From positions 1,802,544 to 1,866,543 of the forward strand of contig MU056960.1 in NCBI GenBank assembly GCA_013239625.1: a stretch of 64,000 nt of DNA. The letters run 5' to 3'. The number at the start of each line of letters is the position of its first letter. The stretch's first letter is position 1. The position numbers and the translations under genes are program-made. Origin of the DNA: Lama guanicoe. Lineage: Eukaryota. Under the pieces are notes generated by a model. It was not told the DNA's origin. It made no database searches and worked only from the letters and a program-made list of their open reading frames with translations. Positions 14,091 through 25,010 of the stretch are shown here, piece by piece.

Positions 14091-15699
14091 GAAGCATTTT
14101 GTACCTGATGTTTCCCTGCACACCTCCCTGTGGGGATCCAGAGCAGCCAGGTGCTGAGCTGCTCCGTCTGGTTGTGGGTGCCCCTTTCTACCTCTGTTAT
14201 TATGTCATCAGGCTGGTATGTCATCACGCTGTGGAAATTGGCAAATGTTGCAAATCAGAACTCTGCCACCCTCGTCTGTTGCTAAACATTCACATCCTGG
14301 ATCACATCATGGACCCGCGGGATACTGGGAGATCACCTCCCAGGCGTGGGGCATCCTCGGCTCATTCGTTGTCAGCACCCGCAGGTCTAGGTGAATCTAG
14401 GGTCTTCATTGTGGTTACCGATACAGCTTCCATATATGTGGAACAAAAACGTATATATGTTGAAAAAAATCTTTAAAATTTTCCCATGACCAGAGGCTCC
14501 AAGCGTTAAAAACATTTTGTTTTTGGTTTGAGTTACTAATACAATTATTAGTAGTTTGCAAAGCCAATTAAATACATGATAAAATTTGATAAGTTATTAA
14601 ACATAGAAGACTCAGGGATGCCAACATTTCACATGGCATCCTAGTTTGGCGCCTAGATTTTTTTTTTTTTTTACACCCTGGGCAACGTTAGGATGGGGAG
14701 AGAGGGAGGAGAGTGAACCCCCACAACCGCAAATCCACGCAAGGAAGCCAAGACTTGGAGACTGACTGTCTTTAAGTAAACTGTGAACAAGAATCCTTGG
14801 AAAGTCTTTGTGGAGCTGCTGTCTAAAGACTGCTGAAGGCCCTCAGCCCACTGCCCTGCAGGTGATGGGCTCCCTGGCCAGCGCGTGCCCTCAGTCCCTC
14901 CCTGGGAGGTCATCAGGCTGATTGGAAGCTCTGCTCCACGTGGTAGCAACCCCCACCCTTTCTGCTCCAACACTGCTCTTCACAGATACCCGGAGTCTGC
15001 GGCCTTGCTCTGAATCACCCTTCAGGCACTAACATCGGGGCAAAGACACTAGAAGCAAAGAGTTACTAAAAGAGGGGGTCTTTCCAAGTGGGCCCTCCCC
15101 CGACCCGGGGAAGATTGGGTTTCCATATATTTGGGAGGACGGGCTTTTATCTGGTCGGACAATTTCCCCCACAAATAGTGCCGGGCTCTGTGTTCAGCCA
15201 GCTGCCCTCTTTGGCCGACTCAGGAAATCAGCCAGATCACACTCCTGCCCAGACCACGAAAGGCTAGAAAATGTTCTCTTCTGGCCTCATATTGACCCGT
15301 GTTGTCCTGAGTTTTTAATTTCAGGTGTGTGTGTGTGTGTTGGGTGGGGGACAGGGGGAGTAGTGACAGATCGGATTGAGTTGAGAGCCTCCAATCTGTC
15401 ATCATCTTTAGTAAAACTTCCTTCAGTTCCCCCGACCTGCAAAGCACACTTTGACCTTCTTCTGAACTGAGTTAAGAATGGCCGTGAACATGACGTGAAG
15501 TGGTTTTGAAACTTCAGGTGCTGCCCTCGGAACACAATGGCCCTGTGTTCTTCCCCGGGGGATCCGTGGGGCCAGAGCCATCCCAGGCTCTCAGCGGGTT
15601 TTGAAGCAACTGACTTCCAGGGTATCAGAGCTTGCAGTTTCCAGATGCCAAGTCTGTCTAGGCATGTAAATCGATCCTTTCTCTTTCATTTCTTTGCAG

Positions 15700-15755
15700 T
15701 GAAATGCAAAATGGAGGATGAGGAAGAGGCTGCAGCAAAGATTCCACAAACTTAA
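15700..15755 (+). CDS. IQCK: IQCK (IQ motif containing K) last coding exon: (V)KCKMEDEEEAAAKIPQT*
   Basis: Pyrimidine tract cctttctctttcatttctttgcAG (AG at 15698-15699) and TAA at 15753-15755. Peptide resembles the IQCK C-terminus (VKCKMED...AAK.KIP). IQCK is the known convergent neighbour of GPRC5B. Confidence 0.85.
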
Positions 15756-16466
15756 CAGCTGTCGGTATATTTTCCCCTCTGTGCTCCACCCCCCGCTAGA
15801 GGAAATGTTCACATTATGCTTTCTGTACTGTGATTTCTTTAACGACTAGATCTGGTGCATTAGAATACAGAATCTTTCCTGCACAAGATAGGATTTGTTG
15901 CAAACGTGCTTTAGGGACAAACAGTTTATCCTAAGAAAGTACTAGTTTTAACTTCCTGTATTATCCCCCAGTTTTATTCTTTCATCCACATGTTTGTTCA
16001 GTGCTTCAGTACTCTTCTATACCAACCACCGCTAAAATGTACAATGAACTCTGTCTAGTCCGAGAGATGCTACCGTGTTCTACTTACCAATTTCCCACTT
16101 CTGGCCGCCTTTGCAAAGACCCAAACCGCTGCAGTGGGTTTTAAATTCATCTGGTGAGTAGTCTTTTCATAAAAAGACATTACTGCCTGTGATCATTTCC
16201 CAAGGAGACTGACCCTTAACTTTGACTGCAAACCCAACAAGACACTTAAACCCAGACAATGACAAAGAATTTTTGCTGTCTAGGCCCCGAAGCAGAATAG
16301 AAACCTCCTCATTTTATGACTTATTACCCTCCATTGTTCTGCAGTTTGCCGCTAACCAGGACTTCCCTGTTCAACATGCTACAGCCTCCGGGCAGATCTG
16401 AGAGCCAAGCAGTTGCACTGGGTTGTTTAGACAAGCTACCACACGTCTTAAGTAAATAGTAAAGCC

Positions 16467-16472
16467 TTTATT
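16467..16472 (-). terminator. Candidate distal poly(A) signal (AATAAA) of GPRC5B
   Basis: Plus strand reads TTTATT. The minus strand has several upstream UGUA elements (16520-16570) and a GU-rich stretch (cgtgtggtagcttgt) about 25 nt downstream. Confidence 0.55.
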
Positions 16473-16497
16473 TTTGTGTTAAGAACAGCATTTTGAA

Positions 16498-16730
16498 AAT
16501 AAAACCTATCCGCCCATGCTTTACAACATTTTAAATTTGTAATATTTATGTACAGTCATTTATGGTACACATTGATTGTCTCGAAATGTCTTTTAACGGT
16601 TTTTTTTTTAATAAGTATGCAACAGTCAGCCAGGCGAGGATAAAGGTACATTAGAAAACACACATTAATACATTTAATAAATATATATTATCTATCAAAA
16701 ACGAGCCTTAGCTCTTTATCAATTAATAAA
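16498..16730 (+). terminator. Cluster of plus-strand AATAAA signals, candidate IQCK poly(A) signals
   Basis: AATAAA at 16498-16503, 16676-16681 and 16725-16730, with a further pair at 17392-17402. Confidence 0.55.
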
Positions 16731-18103
16731 AAGCACCTGCTGAGAACTCCTGTAAGCTGGTATAATCATTGCGTCATTCGATTATAAAAGCCACAATGCT
16801 CCCTTTCGGTTTGGGGTTCAGCTCAGCCTTGCCTCGCCAGGAAGGTCACCACACATGGCCCATGTTCAGCGGGCCCTGACGGAGTCTGTGCTAGAAGAAT
16901 AGACCCCCGCCTTCAACAGCCAGGTCTGCGCCCCTTGAGACACGTGGAACTTCCCAGGTTGTCAGTTCCCGGAGCTGATTCCCTCACTCCCTCCCCTCCA
17001 TCTCCAGGGCAGAAAGCCCGGACACGGTGACCGTTTTCCATTAAAGGGGGGACAAGAGTGGCTGTTATAGTCCCAAGGTGATTTTGAAAACCAGACCCGG
17101 AAGGACTCATGCTGACAATTAGGTGTTTAGATCACAGACACTCTCCTTCCAGGTCATTTGCCCCCAACGTCTCATTCACATAAACCGCTCTTAAACAGAG
17201 GTGCCACTTAGTTTTGTATTTAAACTTTGCTCCACGGGGGCAGCTGGCTGCCACAGTCTCTTGGCAAAGGTGTCTCTTTGTACCCTTCAGGTGAAGTCAT
17301 TAGAGAAATAACAGTTCTCTGCCTCCTCCCTCACTCCCCGCCTCCACCCGCACTGGGAGAGCATTCAGCCCACTCTTGACCTTAAAGCCAAAATAAAATA
17401 AAAACCAGAAGCGCAAAAACTATCAGAGATTTAAAAAGAGAAGGGGGAAAAAAAAGGTATCATTAAGTGAGATTTCCCGTGGCTCAGAGCTGGCTCCACG
17501 TTTATAGTAGTGAAACGTGACTTTCCACTTGCAGCCATGTGTGTCCTGCTCACCTGATGCGCTCGGACCACCAAGAACTTTGAGAGAAAAACGGTCATGT
17601 GAGTTCTCCCCTCTGCAAGGGGGCGCTCCTGCAGCCCGAGTCACTGCTGGGATCAGAGAGCTCCGAAGGACTCCAGGGAGCGGGGGCAAGCGGCCACTTC
17701 CTGGCACGAGAATGTGTAACGCGGCCGTTTCTCACCGGGCTGGACCGAGGTGTTTGGAGATTTCTGTCATTTTCAGAAGTCTGGGTCTGCATGCATCCGC
17801 CCCCACCCCCACCCCACCCCACCNNNNNNNNNNGGTGTGCGGTCCCCCCAGGGGTGCTGCTGGCACAGAGGACTGGAATCTGACCCTCTAGAAAGAAGCA
17901 AGCACATGCTCTGGGCGGTGGGCGCTTCCCGAAGCTCGGGTAGGGGCGGCCTTCTGGTGACACACGGAAATGCCTGACTTGACGGAGGGCCACACAGGGA
18001 AGGCCAGATTGGCCTCATTCCCCAGGTGCCCTGCAAGGACTGGAGGGCGGGGGAGGGCGAGGACGGGACACAGCAGACTAGGGCCTCGAGAAAAATCAGA
18101 AGG

Positions 18104-18109
18104 TTTATT
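18104..18109 (-). terminator. Proximal poly(A) signal (AATAAA) of GPRC5B
   Basis: Plus strand reads TTTATT, preceded on the minus strand by AU-rich UTR-like sequence. Confidence 0.7.
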
Positions 18110-19379
18110 AAAACATACTCAGCTGAAACATGTTGGCTTACGAAGAGGTCAGTTCCCCCCAAACACTAACCTTTTTCATTTCCTTTAAAGGTTAAAGGCT
18201 TATGGGTTGTTTTATAGAAAAAAGCGATACAGTGATTAGAGTATATTCAAAACGCCCACCCTCGTGTATACATTCCATGCCGTCAGGTTAAAACTCTTTG
18301 CTTTGAATCGTGACTAGCGATTATGCTGGCCAAACAGTGCAGAGACCATGGGGCTTTGAATGGCCGAGATGTTCGAAATGCCAAATAAAGGAATGACTTA
18401 CTTAGGACAGATGGAAACCATGACAGAAACAATGAGCTTTGAAGAGAACCATTTTCATGGGCCTTGTAGGAAACCAAGACAAAACTGTCCCACGCACCCT
18501 CCAAAAGCAGCAAGGAAACCCTCACGTGCTCGGCCCACCCTGGACCTTTCACTACATCTGCATAGAAGACCCAAAAACTCACTGCATGCCAGGCAGCAGG
18601 TGTCACCTCTCCAGCCGGGGCACCCCTGGGATGCCCCGCCACGTGACAGCATCGTGGAAAGTTGGCTGTGGCCTCTGCCTCCTGGCCACACCAGGGCGCC
18701 TTGAGCTGGTGGCCTCGTCTGAGCTTTTGAAACGAAGGTGGGAACAGAACCGGGGAAGGACTTGGAGGAACACTGATGAGGGCTGGAAGAGGCGGAGGTG
18801 AGCGGGGGAGATACGGCTGCCCCAGCCAGCAACGGCAAGGGCTGCACCAGGGAGGGAGGCGGGCTTGCTTCCTGCCACTGGCGCCGGAGCAGGGGGCCCA
18901 AGAAGGAACAGCGGCCAGGCACCACTCTCTAAGTGCGATGGTCCCTTTAACTCCCAGACAGCCTTTTCTTTGGCACACGCCAGGCTCCCTCCACCACTCC
19001 TGCCTGTAAAGCTCTCTCCTCAGTTCAGCTGGTCCTCAGTCTTGGAACCACACCCGCAATCTCCTCAACTGCGCCTGACCCCCCTGAAATGTGAAAACCA
19101 ACAGGCAGGCTGGTGGAAAAGCCCCCATTCGTCCTCTTCAGGGAAACGGTTACCCCCAAGAGGCCACCCCAAGAGGGGTCCAGCACTTGCCGGGGAGGGA
19201 CGACGACGTAGGGGCGTTCCATGTTCAGCCCACACCAGCCTGTCCCACTGGCTGTGAACTTGGTTCTTTTCTGCCCCCAGAGGATGAAACAGTCTTCCCA
19301 GCCACATTCTCGAGTGAGCCTAATCCTATTTGCAATTAGCTTTGCTTTAGTTTGCAGGGTTTGAGGTTGGTTTGGTATT

Positions 19380-19381
<2 letters not shown>

Positions 19382-19411
<30 letters not shown>

Positions 19412-19420
19412 ACGTGTGTG
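19382..19420. repeat. (GT)~14 microsatellite in the GPRC5B 3' UTR, (CA)n on the mRNA
   Basis: Read directly from the sequence. Confidence 0.95.
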
Positions 19421-19623
19421 GCAGGGGAGGGAGGGCAGTCGGTGTTAGCATTTCAGTTCAGCAGTGTTCACATTTACACGGAACCCTCTTGTCTAGGATT
19501 TCCAAATCTCCCGGCTGCGAGGCGGCCTCTTTCAGCTACTGTTACTGATTTCTCCCTCAAGAAAGACACGGCCAGGGAATAAAATCGGTAAGAGATTCTT
19601 ATTCTCTGGAACTTAAAAGTCTT

Positions 19624-19668
19624 TCACCAGAGGTGTCTTCCAGTGTAACTTGGCGGAGCAGTTGGGAT
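19624..19668 (-). CDS. GPRC5B: GPRC5B terminal exon, coding part: IPTAPPSYTGRHLW*
   Basis: Acceptor tcctgtttccAG at 19670-19669, then ATC CCA ACT GCT CCG CCA AGT TAC ACT GGA AGA CAC CTC TGG TGA. Matches the known GPRC5B C-terminus ...TGRHLW. Confidence 0.96.
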   Translation of the reverse strand: MPTAPPSYTGRHLW

Positions 19669-20965
19669 CTGGAAACAGGAATAACACACTAAGAACTCTG
19701 GGCTTTGCAAAGTCAATGTCAGAAACCAACTCGTTAACAACGTACCGAAGATAAGTTACCTTGCCTTTTCCTGACGGGCTGAATAATTCCCCAGTAAAGC
19801 AGGAACCACTGTGTGTTACGATGCTCCGTTCTTGGGAAGGCCCTGTCCCCTTCTGTGTAATCATGCATCCTGAACAAATGTTTCCTCACCCAGAACCCCA
19901 CCTCGCTTTCTAAGTCCAGGATGTTTTTATGCACACTGGCCTCGACAGGACCAGATAGGGCTTACGAGTGACCAAAGGGCTGTCTTCTAACTGTATGTAT
20001 TATAACACAGGCCAAATGCTTGCAACTCAGGATTTTCTTGGCCCCCCAAAATAAACAGGCCAATCGATGGCTGGGGGTCTTCACAAATGCAATCTGTGTC
20101 TACTTGCTTTTGAGCCCCTTCCAAACCAGTGCAAACCAACGCTTCGCATACCATCCAAAGGCCAGGAAAACCCAAGTTCCCTCTAGAGATCAAAGACCAT
20201 CCCTGACATTAAGAAAAAAAAAAAAGCTCAGGTTGAGTTATGGAATTGGCACATGATAGAAAGAATGGAAATCCAATTTACACAGTGTAAACTGGCTCAC
20301 GTGTTGTTTCTGAAAGAAGCATGGAGCTATGTTTGGAAATTCAATGTGGGAATGACAGTGCATCTTTGGACTGCTGGAGAAACAAAATGATGTAATTCCA
20401 CGGAGGCAAAATGCAAATGATGACAATTCTGCTGAAGGTCTGTTTGGCATCATACAGTAAACCTGTTTGGTGTTTGCCACAGAAAAATGATAATCACTTC
20501 AATTTCTTAAGAAATCTTTTAAGGAAGGGAACCTGGGACCCGGCTGGAGTACAGATGGGGGTGGGGGGAGCAGGGGCGGGGACTCAGCTAGGTTGGATGT
20601 CAGCAAAATCTGTCAGGGTTTCATAACTCTGGGCTTTTCCTAAGAGTCACCTCTCAGGCAGAGGGAGGATGGGGGCACCTTCTGTATAATGGAAACCAGA
20701 GAATTCTCTGGCTGAGAGCCTCTAGAAACAGGGACTCTTTCAAACGAATCTACAGATGGTCAACTAAGTATAAGTGGAGGTTCCATGCATGGAGAAAGGG
20801 GGCAGAGAAGAAGAAAGAGAAAAGGAAGCATTGCATGCATGAACGGGTGCCCCCTTGAGCCGCTGTCCTTGCAGACTCCACAGAGCAGGGTGTCCCCGTC
20901 GAAGCTGCCCCCCAACACGGACCACTCCTCGGCTTCCTGCCAAAGCATCACCTCCTGATACTTAC

Positions 20966-21078
20966 AGTCCCCCCGTTGAGCACAACGGCCATCTCAGTTG
21001 GCTGATACACGTTGCTTCTGAATAGCGCGCTGGGTCTGTTTCCCAAGCTGCCATTACGAAATCCTGCTGTTCGAAGAG
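20966..21078 (-). CDS. GPRC5B: GPRC5B coding exon 3 (113 nt): (A)LRTAGFRNGSLGNRPSALFRSNVYQPTEMAVVLNGGT
   Basis: Acceptor tccctccctcAG at 21080-21079 and donor ACT|GTAAGT at 20965-20964. Phase 1 in and phase 0 out fit the neighbouring exons. Peptide matches the known GPRC5B tail (NVYQPTEMAVVLNGGT). Confidence 0.96.
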
Positions 21079-21739
21079 CTGAGGGAGGGAGGGAGGGAAA
21101 GGCCACACGACAAGGAAAAAAAAAAAAAAAAAGACACAATTTTGTTTTCTTCCCCTGTATCAACACCATGCTCCAGGCCCCCGCCCCTCCCCTTTGTCAC
21201 AAGCCAGATTCAAAACAAAAGTCACAAAGGCGCTTTGTTCTCTGGCTCTTGGAGCCTGATCCGTCTCCGTGGGGTTGGGGAGCCTGCAGTATCCAGGGCT
21301 CAGGCGGCTCTTGGGCAGGGGACCCTGGGGGGAGCCTCTTGCCCCCCCACCCCAGCCCTTGCAGGGAAGCGCCTGCCTCCCTCAGAGGATCTCCTGTGAC
21401 CAAAGACCTTCTCACTACTGAATGCCCTTCACGTCAAGTTCAGCATCACACCATCCAACACGGTTTCTGGATACACACTGAGGTGGGCAACCCTGAGAAC
21501 CTGGACGTAGAGTAGCAGGAGAGGTGGGATATGTTCATGGGCAAGTGATGGGGTAGAGGGCAGAGGGGCTCCAGGCCCACGGCTGGGGTGATATCTAGAT
21601 GAGGGGAAAAAAGGGAGATGTGAAGCAAAGATAGCAAAATATGTTGGCACTTCTTACCTCTGAAAGGTGGGGAATTGTGTCTCTTATTTGCAGTGTAGTT
21701 TTAGATATGTCAATTTCCTTTTTTTTGAGTGAAGAAAGT

Positions 21740-22170
21740 CAAATGATACAAAAAGACCTGGAAGAATCTTAAATGCATGATGCTAAATGAAAGAAGTCAG
21801 TCTAAAAACTGCATACTGTATGATTTCAACTACGCTATTCTAGAAAAGGCAAAACTATAGTCAGTGAAAAGACTAGTGATTGCCAGAGGTTTGGAGGTGG
21901 CGGATAGGGGAGCACAGGGCATTTTTAGGATCACGGAACTATTCTGGATGATACCATAATGGGGGAGACATGACATCATACGTTTGTTCCAACCCATAGA
22001 ACTGTACAAAGACTGGCCTCTGAAATGTAAATTATGGACTGTAGTTAATATATAATATATCAATATTGATTCATCCACTGAGACAAATGTAACACTAACG
22101 CAAGTCGTTAATAACAGAGGAAACTGGGGGGAGGGGCAGGTGGGAACTCCCTGTATTTCCTGCTCAAAAT
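21740..22170 (+). mobile_element. L1MC-like 3' fragment in GPRC5B intron 2
   Basis: aatcttaaatgcatgatgctaaatgaaagaagtcagtc...catcatacgtttgttccaacccatagaactgtac. Confidence 0.75.
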
Positions 22171-23790
22171 TACAGAGAAAGAAGCAGCATTATGAAAAAA
22201 AAAAATCAAAACAAAAGTCTGTCTCTAGTTGGGCAGGGAGGGAAGGGGCAGAAGTGGGGGGGAGGTGGATGGAGAGGAAGTGGAGGAGGAAGAAAACCCC
22301 ACAAAAATCCATCTCAATTATGAAGTGTCATCTTCATTATCTTTGTTCTCACTGAAGGCACTAATCTTGCTTTGCTAAGGAAAGCCTTACTTAAAAGTCC
22401 TCCCTGAAGGAAGTCATTTTTTTTTTCTGGCTAAAAAAGTAGCAAGAGGGTTTGGGATTTTTATAAATTACTAGGGGAAGGGGCCAAAATCACCTTGATA
22501 ATATAGTTAATCTTCATAGCATGCCAACCAGGAACCAGCACTGTGAAAAGTGCTTTATATATATGGTCTCATTTAATTTTCATAGCATAATCAGTACTTT
22601 TATTATTTCCACTTTATATGGGGCAGGGAGAGATTCGGTTACTTGCTCAAGGTCACACAGCTGGTAAGAACCAGCGCTCAGGTGCAGGCAGAGAATCTGT
22701 GTTCTTCACCATCACACTCTACTGGCTCCAAATAATATGTTTTTAACCACCACAGTTACTTACGGCAACTTGAATTTGACATCAGGGGCAGCTCAGCCCA
22801 CACGTGAACCAAGGAAACTAAGGCAGGGTTGGGAATGCATGTTCCAGGACAGACTTAGGAAAACCTCTTTGCTTTCGCATCTCTAGCACCTCCAAGCCTT
22901 CACCAGCTCCTATGCACACGCTGAGCAGGAGATGCCCTTCCTGGGAAGTAGAGAAGGAGGGGCACCTGGGGACAGAGAGTCCATGGACTCTCACTAGTCT
23001 CAATTCCTAGCTGAGACCTCCTTGAAGAGAAGGAAAACCAAACAGCATGGTTTTACTCATAACGCAGAGACCTGGCCAGCTGTGGTGGGGAAATCTGCCC
23101 CTAACACATTCTCCTTGGAGAAACAGGCTCGACTCTACTGGCCGGCAGTGGGATGCCTTGGCCCAGGGATCCCTCTGAGTAATGGTTATTTGTGGTTCTC
23201 CTCTGGTAAACATCCCTCCACATTCTAGGTCCCTGAGCGTTGGCTACAAGTGCCTCCTCCCCTGGCCTTGAGGTGGGCACGTGATGTAGGCCTTGCTAAT
23301 TAGGTCCAATCAGAGCGAACTCTGCGATTTTTGTTCAAGCATCCTGAGAAATGTTCTTCTTTTCTACTGGGACTCTGTGCAAGCCTAGAGCTGTGGGCTG
23401 CCATGATTCTAACAGAGCCAAGAGATGGAGAGAAACCAAATCTTGTCATCAGCCGAGCCTCCTGGATCTATCCATTCCTGAAGCCTGAGCCCCAGTACAT
23501 TAATTCGTTGCTTTGTTTTGCTTTGCTTAAGCTGCTTCAAATCTGATTTTTTTATTCCTTTCAGCTTCAAGAATCCCAGCTAACACCCAACTATGACCTG
23601 GGTCATCTCTGAAAGGCAAGCAGGGCTCACCCATAAGGAGCTCTCAAAAGGAATCTAAGATTACAGGCTAAATGCCAACCTCCTTCTGACTGGACTTTGC
23701 AAGTTAGGCGAGATTGGCCCTGCTTGCAAAGCTGAATTGGGCCTTCCACTGGGAAGCTAAGGTGCAGAGTTTAAATAACCCTTGGTCTAA

Positions 23791-24220
23791 CCTATAATGG
23801 AAAAGAATTTGAAAAAGAATATGCATATACATATATATGTATTTATATATAAATGTATAACTGAATCACCTTATTGTACACCTGAAACACTGCAAATCAA
23901 CTATACCTCAATGAAAAAAATAAAATAAAAAATACAACAAACTAGTGAACATAACAAAAAAAGGAGACTCACAGATACAGAGAACAAACTATGGCTTGAG
24001 GGAAAGGAGGAGGGGGTGGGGATTAAGAGACACAAACAAAATAACGTACAAAATAAGCTACAAGTATATACTGGACAACATGGGGCTTATAGCCAAAATT
24101 TTACATTAACTATAAATGGAGTATAACCTTTAAAAATTGTCAATCACTATATTGTATATCTGTAACATAATATTCTACATCAACTATACATCAATGAAAA
24201 AATGAAAATTAAAAAAAAAA
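23791..24220 (+). mobile_element. Two abutting L1 3' ends
   Basis: Two L1 3'-UTR termini (caactatacctcaatgaaaaa and caactatacatcaatgaaaaa), each with its own A-rich tail. Confidence 0.8.
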
Positions 24221-25010
24221 AGTAGCCTTTGGCCTAATGAGCTCAGAGAGCCCAAATCCACTAACAGGAGAAAGAACACTTTGCTCTCTTGCCCCTTTGA
24301 AAGGCGAGCATTTAACACGCCTTGTTAACAGTTTCCAAAATGTGATCTGAAGTGCTACCTCCTTCAGTGTATTTTAATCTTTTATCACATACCTCATGCC
24401 TTGTTGATACTTAATTAAGAAATGGTAGGCTGGTGAAGTATGTATCGGGGGCTCATAAGGGAAGGGAGTAAGAAAGCAGTGGCTGCAGCCTGGGGAATGC
24501 CCTTCCCATCTCTTGACGTCAGGGATAAGGCTCTCAAGGGAAGAGAGCCCAAAAGGCTGGCTGGTTAAAATGCAAGAGAAACAGGGCCAGCTGTAGCTCC
24601 CGAGCAGGGCGAGGCCCTGGTGGGGCCTGGCTCCCTAAATACAAACTGGCTGAGGTTAGCACCAAAGATAGTCAGAGTTCAGACAACCTTCGCTCACCAT
24701 GGCGAGGGAGGGTGCCCAGGCGTTCTCCAGCCAGCAAAGTAGGGTTTCTAGAACAAAGGCAGTCCTAGCCAGGATGACAATTTAGCTTCTCTCTGTGAGC
24801 CTTCCAAGGGAATTGGCTTTGCCTGGGGCCCATGTGAATTTTGGTGGACACACATTTGGAATGATGCAAAATAGGGCTGCTAAAAAAAAGTCTGACGACA
24901 TCCAAGGTTGGTGAAGAAGTGAGGAAATGGGTCTCATACAGTTATTTGGGGGAGACAATAAATTAGCCTACTTTTCTGTGGGGGGACATCTGGCAGTATA
25001 TATCAAGATT

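Larger units (their letters stand above)
18085..19623 (-). other. GPRC5B: GPRC5B 3' UTR, proximal isoform (~1.5 kb)
   Basis: Runs from the stop codon to the minus-strand AATAAA at 18109-18104. Cleavage site estimated. Confidence 0.7.

Noticed and set aside
18283-19339. Stacked ORFs up to 231 aa
   Set aside because: They lie in the GC-rich GPRC5B 3' UTR, appear in all frames and show no coding signature.
19618-19626. Stop-codon readthrough or selenocysteine recoding at the GPRC5B TGA
   Set aside because: Context is TGA-AAG, not the TGA-CTAG readthrough motif, and I saw no SECIS-like element.
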